From assembly GCA_015060835.1 (NCBI GenBank), contig SUXT01000001.1:5277-69276 (forward strand): a DNA stretch of 64,000 bases, written 5' to 3'. The notes under the pieces are model-generated. The model was not told the origin of the DNA. It saw only the letters and a program-made list of their open reading frames with translations, and did no database searches. Of the stretch, positions 17,817 to 27,091 are shown in pieces (the stretch's first letter is position 1; each line of letters opens with the position of its first letter). The stretch comes from Bacteroidales bacterium (GTDB taxonomy: Bacteria; Bacteroidota; Bacteroidia; Bacteroidales; Bacteroidaceae). Both the position numbers and the translations under genes were made by a program.

Positions 17817-19865
17817 TTATTTCCGCCTTACCGGGAATTCTGTTATTCTCAGTGTTGTGCAACCGTAGGGTATCAATGTTATTTCTTCCTCTTCGCCCAA
17901 TTCCCCTCCTGTTACCATTTGGGTGTTGTAGTTAATCTCTCCGGCGGAATTGCGCGACATCTTCCAGTCATCAAGTTTTATACCCTTGCATTTTATAAGA
18001 ATCGGTGCATTGTCGAGTGACCATGGAGAGTCGCTTATCTCCCTTTTCTCCACAATGAATACATCCTTTATGTTCTCTTTTCTTATATCGTTGCTCTTTA
18101 GGGCATAGTTCCATGCATCGGGAGATGTAACTTCGTAGTAATACTCTCCCCACTTCTTTTTCTCTTCACCTTCGCAACGATGCTTGCTCCAGTTCTCTTC
18201 CATGCGCAGTGCATATACCAACGGACCGCGTTCAACCACCGCTGCATTGTCGTACCATCGTGTTACGTTTACTTCGGCATTCATTTCCAATGTAATTTTG
18301 TCGCCGTCTTTCCATTCGCGCACTATACATATTGTGCCTTTGCGCTTTTCTGGAGCTTCGCACTTTACGCCGTTGATGGTCAGACTGTATCCTCTGCTCC
18401 ATTCGGGTATGCGCAGCTCAAGCGGGAAGGTGGCTGTGCGATGTTTACGTTTGGGGAGGGATATGTCGAAGCGTATATTCTCTTCGAATGGGTAACCGGT
18501 ACTCTCTTCTATCATTATTTCTGCTCCGGAGTCGAGTGTGGTCTTCACTTTTGATGGTGCATAAATCATTGCTGCCAATCCTCCTTCGGGGCTTTTGTAC
18601 CATAGATTTTGGGTGAATTTTGGCCATGCCTGATGCAGGTTGCAGGTGCAGCATGGATACCCCGTAAGAATGCCGAAGAGTATGTCGGTATCTTCGTGAG
18701 GAGTGGAAAAACTGCGTCTCTTGCGTGTTACTTCCACCTGGTTTATTTGCTGGTAGTATTGTCTTGCATCACCCGAATCTGTTATCTGTGTAGGCAGGGC
18801 ATTGTATGTTATTCGCTCCAGAAGGTCGGCAAATCTGATATCGCCTGTTATACGGTACATCTCTTCCAGAGAGTACATCATTTCGGTTGCAGTGCACAAT
18901 TCCGAACCTCGTGTGGGGTCACCGAAATGTAACAGTTCGTCGCCCGCCCACAGACCGGTAGGGTAGCCGATGGTGTGGCGCATGCGTCGAAGTGCTTCAA
19001 TCGGTGCTTCAAGATGCCTTTTGTCCTTTGATTGCTGGTAATATACTACAGGCTCTTTGAACCCTTGCCCCAAATTTACGCAATGCAGACTGTTCTGGCG
19101 GTATAGGTGGTTGTCGGTGGTGAAGCGGGCTGTCCAGTCGGCAGACTGCTTGTGTATAAGTTCGCCGAGTTTTAGAAGTTCCTTGTTGCCTGTGATGTTG
19201 TATAACCAGTGTACCATTAGCAAGTTGTCGCCTCCGCGCTCTGTAGCCCAAAAGGTCCAGTGCCCCAATGGGGTCTTTTCGAGTTGCTTACTCTGATATT
19301 CGAAATAGCGCTCCATGAATTTTATGACCCGCTTGTCGCCGGTTGCCATATAATGCTGTTGCAATATTTTAAGTGCCACCATCCGAGGCCACCAGTCGGC
19401 AGAATTGTTGCGTTGCATCCCGTCGAGGTAAGGGCGGTCGGTGTCGGGGCCGAAATAGCCGTTCTCCTTCTGGCTTGCAAGTATGGATTCCACCCATTTA
19501 TTGCATTTCGCTTTCAGTGGCTTGTCATTCATTATATAGGCCATGGGCAGTGCACCGTCTATCCAATATGGGCCTCTTTCCCACGCATCACCTTCGCCAC
19601 CGAGCCATGCATTGTTGTCGCCAACAACCATTTCGTATGTCTTGTCAAGGTTGCCTGTCATGCCGTCAAGCATTGTCTGCATCTGTGCTTTCAACCATCC
19701 GCAAGGTTCTATTTCGCCAAGGGGAAGTTGGGCGTATGGTGCTTCTGTCAAGGGTGCCCTATTGAATATGGGCTTTACCTCTTCATTCTCTCTTGCAAAT
19801 GATGCAGTAAGCAGGCAGGTGAATGCCAAAATCGAAATATATATGCGCATTCTCATTATAGTCAA
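17817..19865 (-). CDS. Glycoside hydrolase family 127-like (DUF1680, beta-L-arabinofuranosidase-type), secreted
   Basis: 682 aa with a signal peptide. SELCTATE and GYPCCTCN match the Glu/Cys zinc site and Cys-nucleophile arrangement known for GH127. Confidence 0.7.
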   Translation of the reverse strand: MTIMRMRIYISILAFTCLLTASFARENEEVKPIFNRAPLTEAPYAQLPLGEIEPCGWLKAQMQTMLDGMTGNLDKTYEMVVGDNNAWLGGEGDAWERGPYWIDGALPMAYIMNDKPLKAKCNKWVESILASQKENGYFGPDTDRPYLDGMQRNNSADWWPRMVALKILQQHYMATGDKRVIKFMERYFEYQSKQLEKTPLGHWTFWATERGGDNLLMVHWLYNITGNKELLKLGELIHKQSADWTARFTTDNHLYRQNSLHCVNLGQGFKEPVVYYQQSKDKRHLEAPIEALRRMRHTIGYPTGLWAGDELLHFGDPTRGSELCTATEMMYSLEEMYRITGDIRFADLLERITYNALPTQITDSGDARQYYQQINQVEVTRKRRSFSTPHEDTDILFGILTGYPCCTCNLHQAWPKFTQNLWYKSPEGGLAAMIYAPSKVKTTLDSGAEIMIEESTGYPFEENIRFDISLPKRKHRTATFPLELRIPEWSRGYSLTINGVKCEAPEKRKGTICIVREWKDGDKITLEMNAEVNVTRWYDNAAVVERGPLVYALRMEENWSKHRCEGEEKKKWGEYYYEVTSPDAWNYALKSNDIRKENIKDVFIVEKREISDSPWSLDNAPILIKCKGIKLDDWKMSRNSAGEINYNTQMVTGGELGEEEEITLIPYGCTTLRITEFPVRRK

Positions 19866-19898
19866 TGTTTTATTCGGCCTGAGCAGTAGCCTCCATAG

Positions 19899-21065
19899 CT
19901 AATTTATGGAATCTCCCTTGAATGTTTCTACAATTCTTCTGCATCCCTGTCCATCGCCATAGGGATTGACTGCTTTGCTCATTGTGTCGTAGTAGTTGCT
20001 GTCATCGAGCAGGCGCGATACCTCTTCCATAATCTTGTCGTAATTTGTGCCGACGAGTTTTACTGTACCAGCTTCGAGGGCTTCGGGACGTTCTGTGGTG
20101 TCGCGCATCACAAGTACGGGCTTGCCGAGTCCGGGTGCCTCCTCCTGTATACCGCCGCTGTCGGTGAGTACGATGGTCGATTTTTCCATCAGGTAGACAA
20201 ATGACAGATATTCAAGCGGTTCAATGAAGAACATATTGCCAAGATTACTTAAATCTTCGCCGAATACCTCGTGTATGGGCTTGCGTACATTGGGGTTGAG
20301 GTGCATGGGGTAGACAAAGTCGACATCGGGGTACTTTTGTGTAAGGTCCTTGATGGCTGTGCACATGTTTATGAATCCGTCGCCGAAATTCTCGCGTCTG
20401 TGTCCGGTTATGAGTACAAGCCTCTTGTCGCCTGAGAGACGGTCGGGGTCGTATCCCGCAGATTGCAATATTTTTTTAAGCTCTTCGCTAAGGCTCTTGT
20501 CCTCCTTAATCTTGTCGACTACCCAATAGAGGGCATCCACTACAGTGTTTCCTGTTACTGTGATGCTTCTTTCGTCGACAGCCTCGCGCAGGAGATTGGC
20601 TTTGCTCAGTTGTGTGGGTGCAAAGTTATAGGTTGCTATACGGCCGGTTATCTGGCGGTTAATCTCTTCGGGCCACGGGCTGTATATATTGTGTGTTCGC
20701 AGACCTGCCTCTACGTGACCGACGGGTATCTGGCGGTAGAAGGCGGCGAGGGCTGCAGCTGTGCTGGTAGTGGTGTCTCCATGAACCAATACCACATCGG
20801 GTGTTGCTTTTTGCAGTACTTCGCGCATGCCTAACAGCACTCGTGATGTAATGTCGTATAAATCCTGGCCTTGTTTCATAATGTCAAGGTCGTAGTCGGG
20901 GGTTATTTCGAAGAGGTTGAGTACTTGGTCGAGCATCTGTCGATGTTGCCCTGTAACGCATACGATGGTTACGAATTTGTCGGGATGCTTTTGGAACTCT
21001 TTTACCAGCGGTGCCATTTTTATGGCTTCGGGACGGGTTCCGAACACAAGCATTATTTTTTTCAT
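19899..21065 (-). CDS. wecB: UDP-N-acetylglucosamine 2-epimerase (non-hydrolysing)
   Basis: Start trimmed to the ATG at 21065 (MKKIMLVFGTRPEAIKMAPL). HVEAGLRT, DSGGIQEEAP and TERPE are present. Confidence 0.9.
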   Translation of the reverse strand: MKKIMLVFGTRPEAIKMAPLVKEFQKHPDKFVTIVCVTGQHRQMLDQVLNLFEITPDYDLDIMKQGQDLYDITSRVLLGMREVLQKATPDVVLVHGDTTTSTAAALAAFYRQIPVGHVEAGLRTHNIYSPWPEEINRQITGRIATYNFAPTQLSKANLLREAVDERSITVTGNTVVDALYWVVDKIKEDKSLSEELKKILQSAGYDPDRLSGDKRLVLITGHRRENFGDGFINMCTAIKDLTQKYPDVDFVYPMHLNPNVRKPIHEVFGEDLSNLGNMFFIEPLEYLSFVYLMEKSTIVLTDSGGIQEEAPGLGKPVLVMRDTTERPEALEAGTVKLVGTNYDKIMEEVSRLLDDSNYYDTMSKAVNPYGDGQGCRRIVETFKGDSIN

Positions 21066-21177
21066 GATGTCTATTCGTGTTTGTTTTTCAGTTTTTTCAG
21101 AAGCAGTATGGTGTTGTAGCATAATTGTACTCCTTGGTCAGGAGGAACTGATTTTCTCTTTTTGCCGGTTCCGGCCT

Positions 21178-22416
21178 CTAATCTCTTTTAAATATGTCGC
21201 GGGTATATACACGTTCCTTTACATCGTCAAGGGATGCGTCATAACGGTTGGCAATGATGGCTTGCGAAATTCTTTTGAATTCTTCAAGGTTGTTGACAAC
21301 CTTACTGCCGAAGAATGTGGAACCATCGGGAAGTGTGGGCTCGTATATGATTACTTCTGCTCCTTTGGCTTTTATGCGCTTCATAACTCCTTGTATTGAG
21401 GATTGACGGAAGTTGTCGGAGTTTGTCTTCATCGTCAAGCGGTACACGCCTATTATGCAGTGCTTCTCTTTGGATGCTTCGTAGTCGCCACGGTTGTAGT
21501 AGTCGTAGTAGCCGGCCATGTTGAGTACTCTGTCGGCTATGAAGTCCTTTCGTGTGCGGTTGCTCTCTACAATGGCACTCATCATGTTCTGCGGCACATC
21601 CTGGTAGTTGGCAAGCAATTGCTTGGTGTCTTTGGGCAGGCAGTAGCCGCCGTAGCCGAACGAAGGGTTGTTGTAGTGTCCGCCTATACGTGGATCCAAT
21701 CCTACACCTTCGATGATGCTGCGTGTGTCGAGTCCTTTTATTTCGGCATACGTGTCGAGTTCGTTGAAGAAACTTACTCTGAGTGCCAAATAGGTGTTTG
21801 CGAACAATTTGACAGCTTCAGCCTCGGTAAGCCCCATATACAATATCTCAGTATCCTTTTTCTCTGCTCCCTGTTGTAGCAGCGCTGCGAATGTGTGGGC
21901 GGCCTTGTCAAGACGTTCGTCGCCTTCGGGACGACCTACAATAATGCGGCTTGGGTAGAGGTTGTCGTACAATGCTTTGCTCTCACGCAGGAATTCGGGT
22001 GAGAATAGTATATTGTCGCTGCCGACTTTTGCACGTACATGTTCTGTGTATCCGACGGGGATTGTACTTTTTATCACCATTATAGCGTCGGGATTGTACT
22101 TCATTACTGACTCTATTACATTCTCTACTGCGGATGTGTCGAAAAAGTTCTTGATGCTGTCGTAATTTGTAGGGGCTGCTATCACTACGAAGTCTGCATC
22201 CTTGTATGCGCTTTCAGCATCAAGTGTGGCAGTAAGATTGAGTTCTTTTTCGGCAAAGAATTTTTCGATATATTCATCTTGGATGGGTGAGATGCGTTTG
22301 TTAATCATCTCAACTTTTTCGGGGACAATGTCTACGGCTACCACTTGGTTGTGTTGTGCCAATAGTGTTGCCATGCTTAGTCCGACGTATCCTGTACCTG
22401 CTACTGCTATCTTCAT
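21178..22416 (-). CDS. ugd: UDP-glucose 6-dehydrogenase family
   Basis: 412 aa. [24 protein letters not shown] and the full-length pattern are present. Confidence 0.85.
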   Translation of the reverse strand: MKIAVAGTGYVGLSMATLLAQHNQVVAVDIVPEKVEMINKRISPIQDEYIEKFFAEKELNLTATLDAESAYKDADFVVIAAPTNYDSIKNFFDTSAVENVIESVMKYNPDAIMVIKSTIPVGYTEHVRAKVGSDNILFSPEFLRESKALYDNLYPSRIIVGRPEGDERLDKAAHTFAALLQQGAEKKDTEILYMGLTEAEAVKLFANTYLALRVSFFNELDTYAEIKGLDTRSIIEGVGLDPRIGGHYNNPSFGYGGYCLPKDTKQLLANYQDVPQNMMSAIVESNRTRKDFIADRVLNMAGYYDYYNRGDYEASKEKHCIIGVYRLTMKTNSDNFRQSSIQGVMKRIKAKGAEVIIYEPTLPDGSTFFGSKVVNNLEEFKRISQAIIANRYDASLDDVKERVYTRDIFKRD

Positions 22417-22496
22417 GATGTTCCTGTTTTTGTTCTTTTGTTTTGCCGAAGTATATTATGCCCTTTTAACTTGCGGGGTGCTTTTACGGCTTACTG

Positions 22497-22504
22497 CAAA
22501 GGTA
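22497..22504 (-). promoter_or_regulatory. Bacteroides-type -7 box upstream of ugd
   Basis: The plus strand reads caaaggta, which is TAccTTTG on the minus strand. It lies about 80 nt upstream of the ugd ATG. Confidence 0.35.
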
Positions 22505-22549
22505 GTTGTTCTTTGTCTAAATGGCAACTAATGTATGCTTTTTTTTGGT

Positions 22550-22600
22550 ATACATGCAAAGAGGCAACCTGTAATTTGCAGGTTGCCTCTTTGCATGTAT
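22550..22600 (-). terminator. Perfect 22-bp stem hairpin between wecC and ugd
   Basis: atacatgcaaagaggcaacctg-taatttg-caggttgcctctttgcatgtat lies 18 nt downstream of the wecC stop. Confidence 0.65.
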
Positions 22601-22617
22601 GTCTGTTTGTTTGCTTG

Positions 22618-23823
22618 TTATTTCTTGTATATGCCGCAGAAGTCCAATATTATTTTGCTGTCATCGTATGGCAGTGTCTTGAACTGGTCGTGTGCTGTGA
22701 GCATAACTATAATGTCTGCTTTGCTGTATGCCTCTTTGTAGTCAGTGAGCTTGAATACGCTGTGAGTTTCGATGTTGGGCTCTACCACAAGGATGTTATT
22801 GTTGTTGCATCCCTGCATCACCTTCATTACTATCTGTTTTGAGGGCGATTCGCGCAGGTCGTCAATGTTGGGCTTGAAAGCCAATCCCATCATAGCTACG
22901 TTGGGCTTGCGTCCGTTCTTGAGCTCGAACTGCAACATCTCATTTCTTACCTTTTCGGCGCACCATTGCGATTTGTAATTGTTAACTTCGCGTGCAAGTG
23001 CAATAGTCTTTGCCTCTTCGGGGTATTCCGCTGTTATGAAATAGGGGTCTACCGCTATGCAGTGTCCGCCTACTCCGCATCCTGGCTGTAGGATGTTTAC
23101 GCGGGGATGCTTGTTGGCGAGCTCAATCAGTTCCCATACGTTGATGCCGGCCTTGTCGCAGATGAGCGACAACTCATTGGCGAATGCTATCTGTACGTCG
23201 CGTGAGGAGTTTTCGGTAAGTTTACACATCTCGGCAGTCTTGCTGTTTGTGCGGTGAAGTACTCCTTTTACGAATTGGCTGTAAAATTCCACAGCTTTTT
23301 GTGTCGATGCATCGTCAATTCCACCTATTACCCGGTCGTTGTTTACGAGTTCGAATATTACGTTTCCGGGCAGTACGCGCTCGGGGCAGTACGCTATGTA
23401 TATTTTGTCTCTGAGCTCGGGGCGCAAGGTGAAGATGAGTTCTTTCATCTTTTCTGTTGTGCCTACAGGGGATGTCGACTCAATTACATATAGGTCGCCC
23501 TCTTTCAGCAGAGGGAGTACTGTGCGTGTGGCAGCCTCGACGAATGAGATATCGGGCTTGTGGTCGCCTTTGAACGGGGTGGGTACCACCATGAAGTAGG
23601 CATCGCATATCTCCGGAGTGAGGGATGCTTTGAGTGAACCGTTGTTTACGACTTCCTGTAATAATTCTTCGAGTCCAGGTTCTATAATGTGGAGTTCACC
23701 CTTGTTTGTCATGTCAACAACTTTAGGGTTGACATCAACTCCTACTACTTCAATACCGTGTTTGGCTGCAATTATGGCTGTGGGTAAACCTATGTAACCC
23801 AAACCCATGAAACATGCTTTCAC
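22618..23823 (-). CDS. wecC: UDP-N-acetyl-D-mannosamine dehydrogenase family
   Basis: 401 aa. GLGYIGLPTA, PGCGVGGHCIAVDP and the full-length nucleotide-sugar dehydrogenase pattern are present. Confidence 0.85.
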   Translation of the reverse strand: MKACFMGLGYIGLPTAIIAAKHGIEVVGVDVNPKVVDMTNKGELHIIEPGLEELLQEVVNNGSLKASLTPEICDAYFMVVPTPFKGDHKPDISFVEAATRTVLPLLKEGDLYVIESTSPVGTTEKMKELIFTLRPELRDKIYIAYCPERVLPGNVIFELVNNDRVIGGIDDASTQKAVEFYSQFVKGVLHRTNSKTAEMCKLTENSSRDVQIAFANELSLICDKAGINVWELIELANKHPRVNILQPGCGVGGHCIAVDPYFITAEYPEEAKTIALAREVNNYKSQWCAEKVRNEMLQFELKNGRKPNVAMMGLAFKPNIDDLRESPSKQIVMKVMQGCNNNNILVVEPNIETHSVFKLTDYKEAYSKADIIVMLTAHDQFKTLPYDDSKIILDFCGIYKK

Positions 23824-24112
23824 TTAATATGCTATTAATATTATTACTGTTACTACTCACAAAAAACCGTCGCAATGTAACTTGCGCGGCTGAATGTCAA
23901 AAGACTATATTGTACGGTGCGCTTCAATTCTCGAAAAGTATCGACAATTTATTGTGTGGCACCGCATGGCGTGTCTTTCAAAGGATAAATTTTCGCAAAG
24001 ATAGTAAGTTTGCTGCAAATTTCATAACTTTATTTATGATTTTAGTATTATCATCTTCAAATCATCTTATTTGTGGATTTTATTGTCTGTTGCTGTTTTC
24101 AAAGATTATTAC

Positions 24113-24120
24113 TATTTTTG
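24113..24120 (+). promoter_or_regulatory. Bacteroides-type -7 box upstream of the first LTD-CotH gene
   Basis: tatttttg (TAnnTTTG) lies 46 nt upstream of the ATG at 24166. Confidence 0.4.
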
Positions 24121-24165
24121 TGAAGTTATAGCAATTGGATAGCCCTTTGCTGAAATTTGTAAGCC

Positions 24166-27087
24166 ATGCACCGCTGTATCAGTATTGTATTTGCTTTTGT
24201 CGCAATATCGCTTTGCTTTCCCTCGTTTGCGGGAGAGAGAGGAGTTGTTGTCAATGAAATAATGCCTGCAAATGTCTCTTTTCTATTCGATTACTCATAC
24301 AACTATGGTGCATGGGTGGAGCTATATAATGCTTCTGACGAAAAAATCGACCTTGCAGGCTACAGCCTTACGGATGATGCTGATAAGGAACGCAAATTTG
24401 TAATACCCTCTTCTGTAGGTGTGATAGAACCACGTTCTTTCAAAATTATATTTTTCGACAATAATGACCTTGACAGTCGTCAAGCAGATTTCAAACTCGA
24501 CTGCGACGGTGCCGTTCTCTATCTTTTTTCACCGGAGGGAAGGCTTCTCAGCAGTGTGGAGTATGGCTACTCTTATCCAAACCTCTCTTACGCCCGTAAA
24601 AATGACGGTGTAGGTTCATGGGCAACCTGCATCACTCCCACACCCGGTCGCAGCAATGATGGCTCGGCATTTTCGGTGGAGCGCCTTGCGGCACCCGAAG
24701 CGAGTGTCGCCGCAGGAGTCTACAAACGTGGCTTTGTGCTCAAACTGACAGCTCCTGCGGGTGTTACGGTAAGATACACAACCGATGGTAGCGAACCGTG
24801 CGAAAACAGCAAAATATGGAGCGGATACATGGGCGTAAGTTCTACAACCATACTTCGGGCACGGTCATACAAAAAGGGTTGCATCCCATCAGAGATATTT
24901 ACTGCTACATATATTATAGAAAAGGAACGGGAATTTGACTTGCCGGTAATCTCCATCGTCACCGACCCCGATAACTTCTTCAACGATACGATAGGTATCT
25001 ATTGTACCGGTACTAATGGCAAGCCCGGCAACAGTGTCAGCTACCCTGCAAATTGGAATATGGATTGGAAGCGTCCTGTGAATGTGGAAATCTTCAATGG
25101 CAAGTACGATGACTATTTCTCGCAGCAGTGCGAGGCTTCCATCGGTGGTGGCTGGTCGCGTGCCTATGCGATGAAGTCTATCGAGCTTAATGCCGAAAAG
25201 AAATATGAGGGCATGAACTTCTTTGCGACTCGCTTCTTCCTTCAGAAACCTTACTACCGTTTCAAGAGCATCAATCTTCGCAACAGCGGTAACGATTTCC
25301 ACGATACTATGTTCTCCGACGCAATGCAACAGAGTTTCTACGCAGGAGTGGTGGATGTCGACTATCAGGCCTACCAACCTGCCGTTCACTTTATCAATGG
25401 TGAATATTACGGCATAATAAACATACGCGAACGGTCGAACCAGCATTATGTCAACAGTAATTGGGGGTACGACAAAGAGAGTATCGACCTTATTGAACAG
25501 CACGACCGCGTGGCGTTTAATGGAGATATGTTTGCACTCAACCGACTGCTCGCTCTTGTCGGTGGACTCTCAGTCAACCCTACGGCATACGAAAAAGTAT
25601 TGCCTTATATTGACATTGATGAGTATATAAACTATATTGTAATAGAGAGTTTTTCGGCAAATACCGACTGGATGGGCAATAATGTCAAATTTTATCGCAG
25701 TCGCGACAATGGACGTTTCCGTTGGATACTTTTCGATACGGATTTTGGCTTCAAAGAGGTCGACCGGAATATGTTTACAACCTATCTTAATGATAAATAT
25801 GCATACACAGGAGAGATATTCAATGGACTATCACATTGTAAGCAGTTCCGTCAGAAATTCATGGATCATGCTCTTGCAATCATAGGCGGCGCCATGCGCT
25901 ACGAAAGGACTTCTGTTATAATAGATAGTATAAAGTCGTTGATAAGTAACGAAATATCCTATCATGGCAAGCGCTGGAGCAAAAATTACAATCTTGAAGA
26001 AAAGGCAGCAGGCTTCAAAAATTTTGCAAAAAACAGGGTCGCAAAATATGTAAAGCACATGGGAGACTATTTCTCTATGGGCACCCCTTTGAAGGTTAAG
26101 ATAGTTCCTGAAGTAAAGAGTGCTCTTTTCCTTAACGGCGTGCAGGTGCCCACAGGACTTTTCGATGGCTATCTTTATGCCCGAAGCAAGTATAACGTCT
26201 CGGTTGAAGTGCCCGTGGGCTACAAACTTAAGCATTGGGATATTATCATAAATAATGAAAAAACCGCATCTGCAGGTAAAGAATACAAACAGGCCCGCAA
26301 GCCTGACATCTATTCAACTGTCTATGAATTCCTGCCTATCAGCGGCGAATATACACTCATCCCTCGCTTCGAAAAACTTGACACGTTGCACGGATACCTT
26401 CCGCCCGCAGTGCGCATCAATGAGCTTGGAGCCAATAAAGAACTTGTCTATAACGACCGCTTCGAAAAGAGCGATTGGGTGGAGTTGTATAATGTTACCG
26501 ACACTGTCTTTGACATTGCCGGGCTGTATATAAGCAACAGCGAGGATAACCTGCGTCTCTACCGCATTCCCGCAGACCGATCCGATGCAACAAGGATAGC
26601 TCCTTACGGTCATGTAGTCCTGTGGGCTGATGAGGAATCAGGTAACAGCGATATCCACCTTCCATTCAAACTGCCATCGAAAGGCGGCAGCATCATCCTT
26701 AGTGCATACGCCGAGGATGACAGCACTCTTCTTTGGCGCGACGAAATAGTCTACACCTCACACTGCGACGACCGCACATTCGGCCGCTTCCCCGATGGAG
26801 GTAATAAACTCTATGAACTTTACCGTCCTACTCCCGGAAGCACCAATCTCGGAAACAGCAACAACCTCTACGTGGCGCTCGACACTGTAACCGGCTATCA
26901 TATAAAGGATGCAATAACCTCAGTCCCCAATGTGGTTGAGGATGCAGAAATCCTCTCGGTAGAATATTACTCCTCAAACGGAACATTGGTCGGAGACTCG
27001 TACGACGAACTTCCTACCGGTGTATATATATGTAGAACCCGCTACTCCAACGGCAAGACAATAACCTGTAAACAATACAAAAAATAG
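24166..27087 (+). CDS. Secreted multidomain protein: lamin-tail domain (LTD) - CHB_HEX_C-like - CotH kinase-like - second LTD - C-terminal beta domain
   Basis: 973 aa with a signal peptide. LTD pattern VVNEIMPANV...GAWVELYNASDEKIDLAGYSLTDD occurs, and again as VRINELGAN...WVELYNVTD. VRYTTDGSEP is present. The central block SIELNAEKKYEG...LRNSGNDF...HFINGEYYGIINIRERSNQ is consistent with the CotH family. Confidence 0.7.
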   Translation: MHRCISIVFAFVAISLCFPSFAGERGVVVNEIMPANVSFLFDYSYNYGAWVELYNASDEKIDLAGYSLTDDADKERKFVIPSSVGVIEPRSFKIIFFDNNDLDSRQADFKLDCDGAVLYLFSPEGRLLSSVEYGYSYPNLSYARKNDGVGSWATCITPTPGRSNDGSAFSVERLAAPEASVAAGVYKRGFVLKLTAPAGVTVRYTTDGSEPCENSKIWSGYMGVSSTTILRARSYKKGCIPSEIFTATYIIEKEREFDLPVISIVTDPDNFFNDTIGIYCTGTNGKPGNSVSYPANWNMDWKRPVNVEIFNGKYDDYFSQQCEASIGGGWSRAYAMKSIELNAEKKYEGMNFFATRFFLQKPYYRFKSINLRNSGNDFHDTMFSDAMQQSFYAGVVDVDYQAYQPAVHFINGEYYGIINIRERSNQHYVNSNWGYDKESIDLIEQHDRVAFNGDMFALNRLLALVGGLSVNPTAYEKVLPYIDIDEYINYIVIESFSANTDWMGNNVKFYRSRDNGRFRWILFDTDFGFKEVDRNMFTTYLNDKYAYTGEIFNGLSHCKQFRQKFMDHALAIIGGAMRYERTSVIIDSIKSLISNEISYHGKRWSKNYNLEEKAAGFKNFAKNRVAKYVKHMGDYFSMGTPLKVKIVPEVKSALFLNGVQVPTGLFDGYLYARSKYNVSVEVPVGYKLKHWDIIINNEKTASAGKEYKQARKPDIYSTVYEFLPISGEYTLIPRFEKLDTLHGYLPPAVRINELGANKELVYNDRFEKSDWVELYNVTDTVFDIAGLYISNSEDNLRLYRIPADRSDATRIAPYGHVVLWADEESGNSDIHLPFKLPSKGGSIILSAYAEDDSTLLWRDEIVYTSHCDDRTFGRFPDGGNKLYELYRPTPGSTNLGNSNNLYVALDTVTGYHIKDAITSVPNVVEDAEILSVEYYSSNGTLVGDSYDELPTGVYICRTRYSNGKTITCKQYKK

Positions 27088-27091
27088 ATCT

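Noticed and set aside
19899-23823. Capsule or O-antigen locus.
   Set aside because: Only three nucleotide-sugar genes (wecB, ugd, wecC) are present. There are no glycosyltransferases, flippase, polymerase or UpxY/Z-type regulators in the window.
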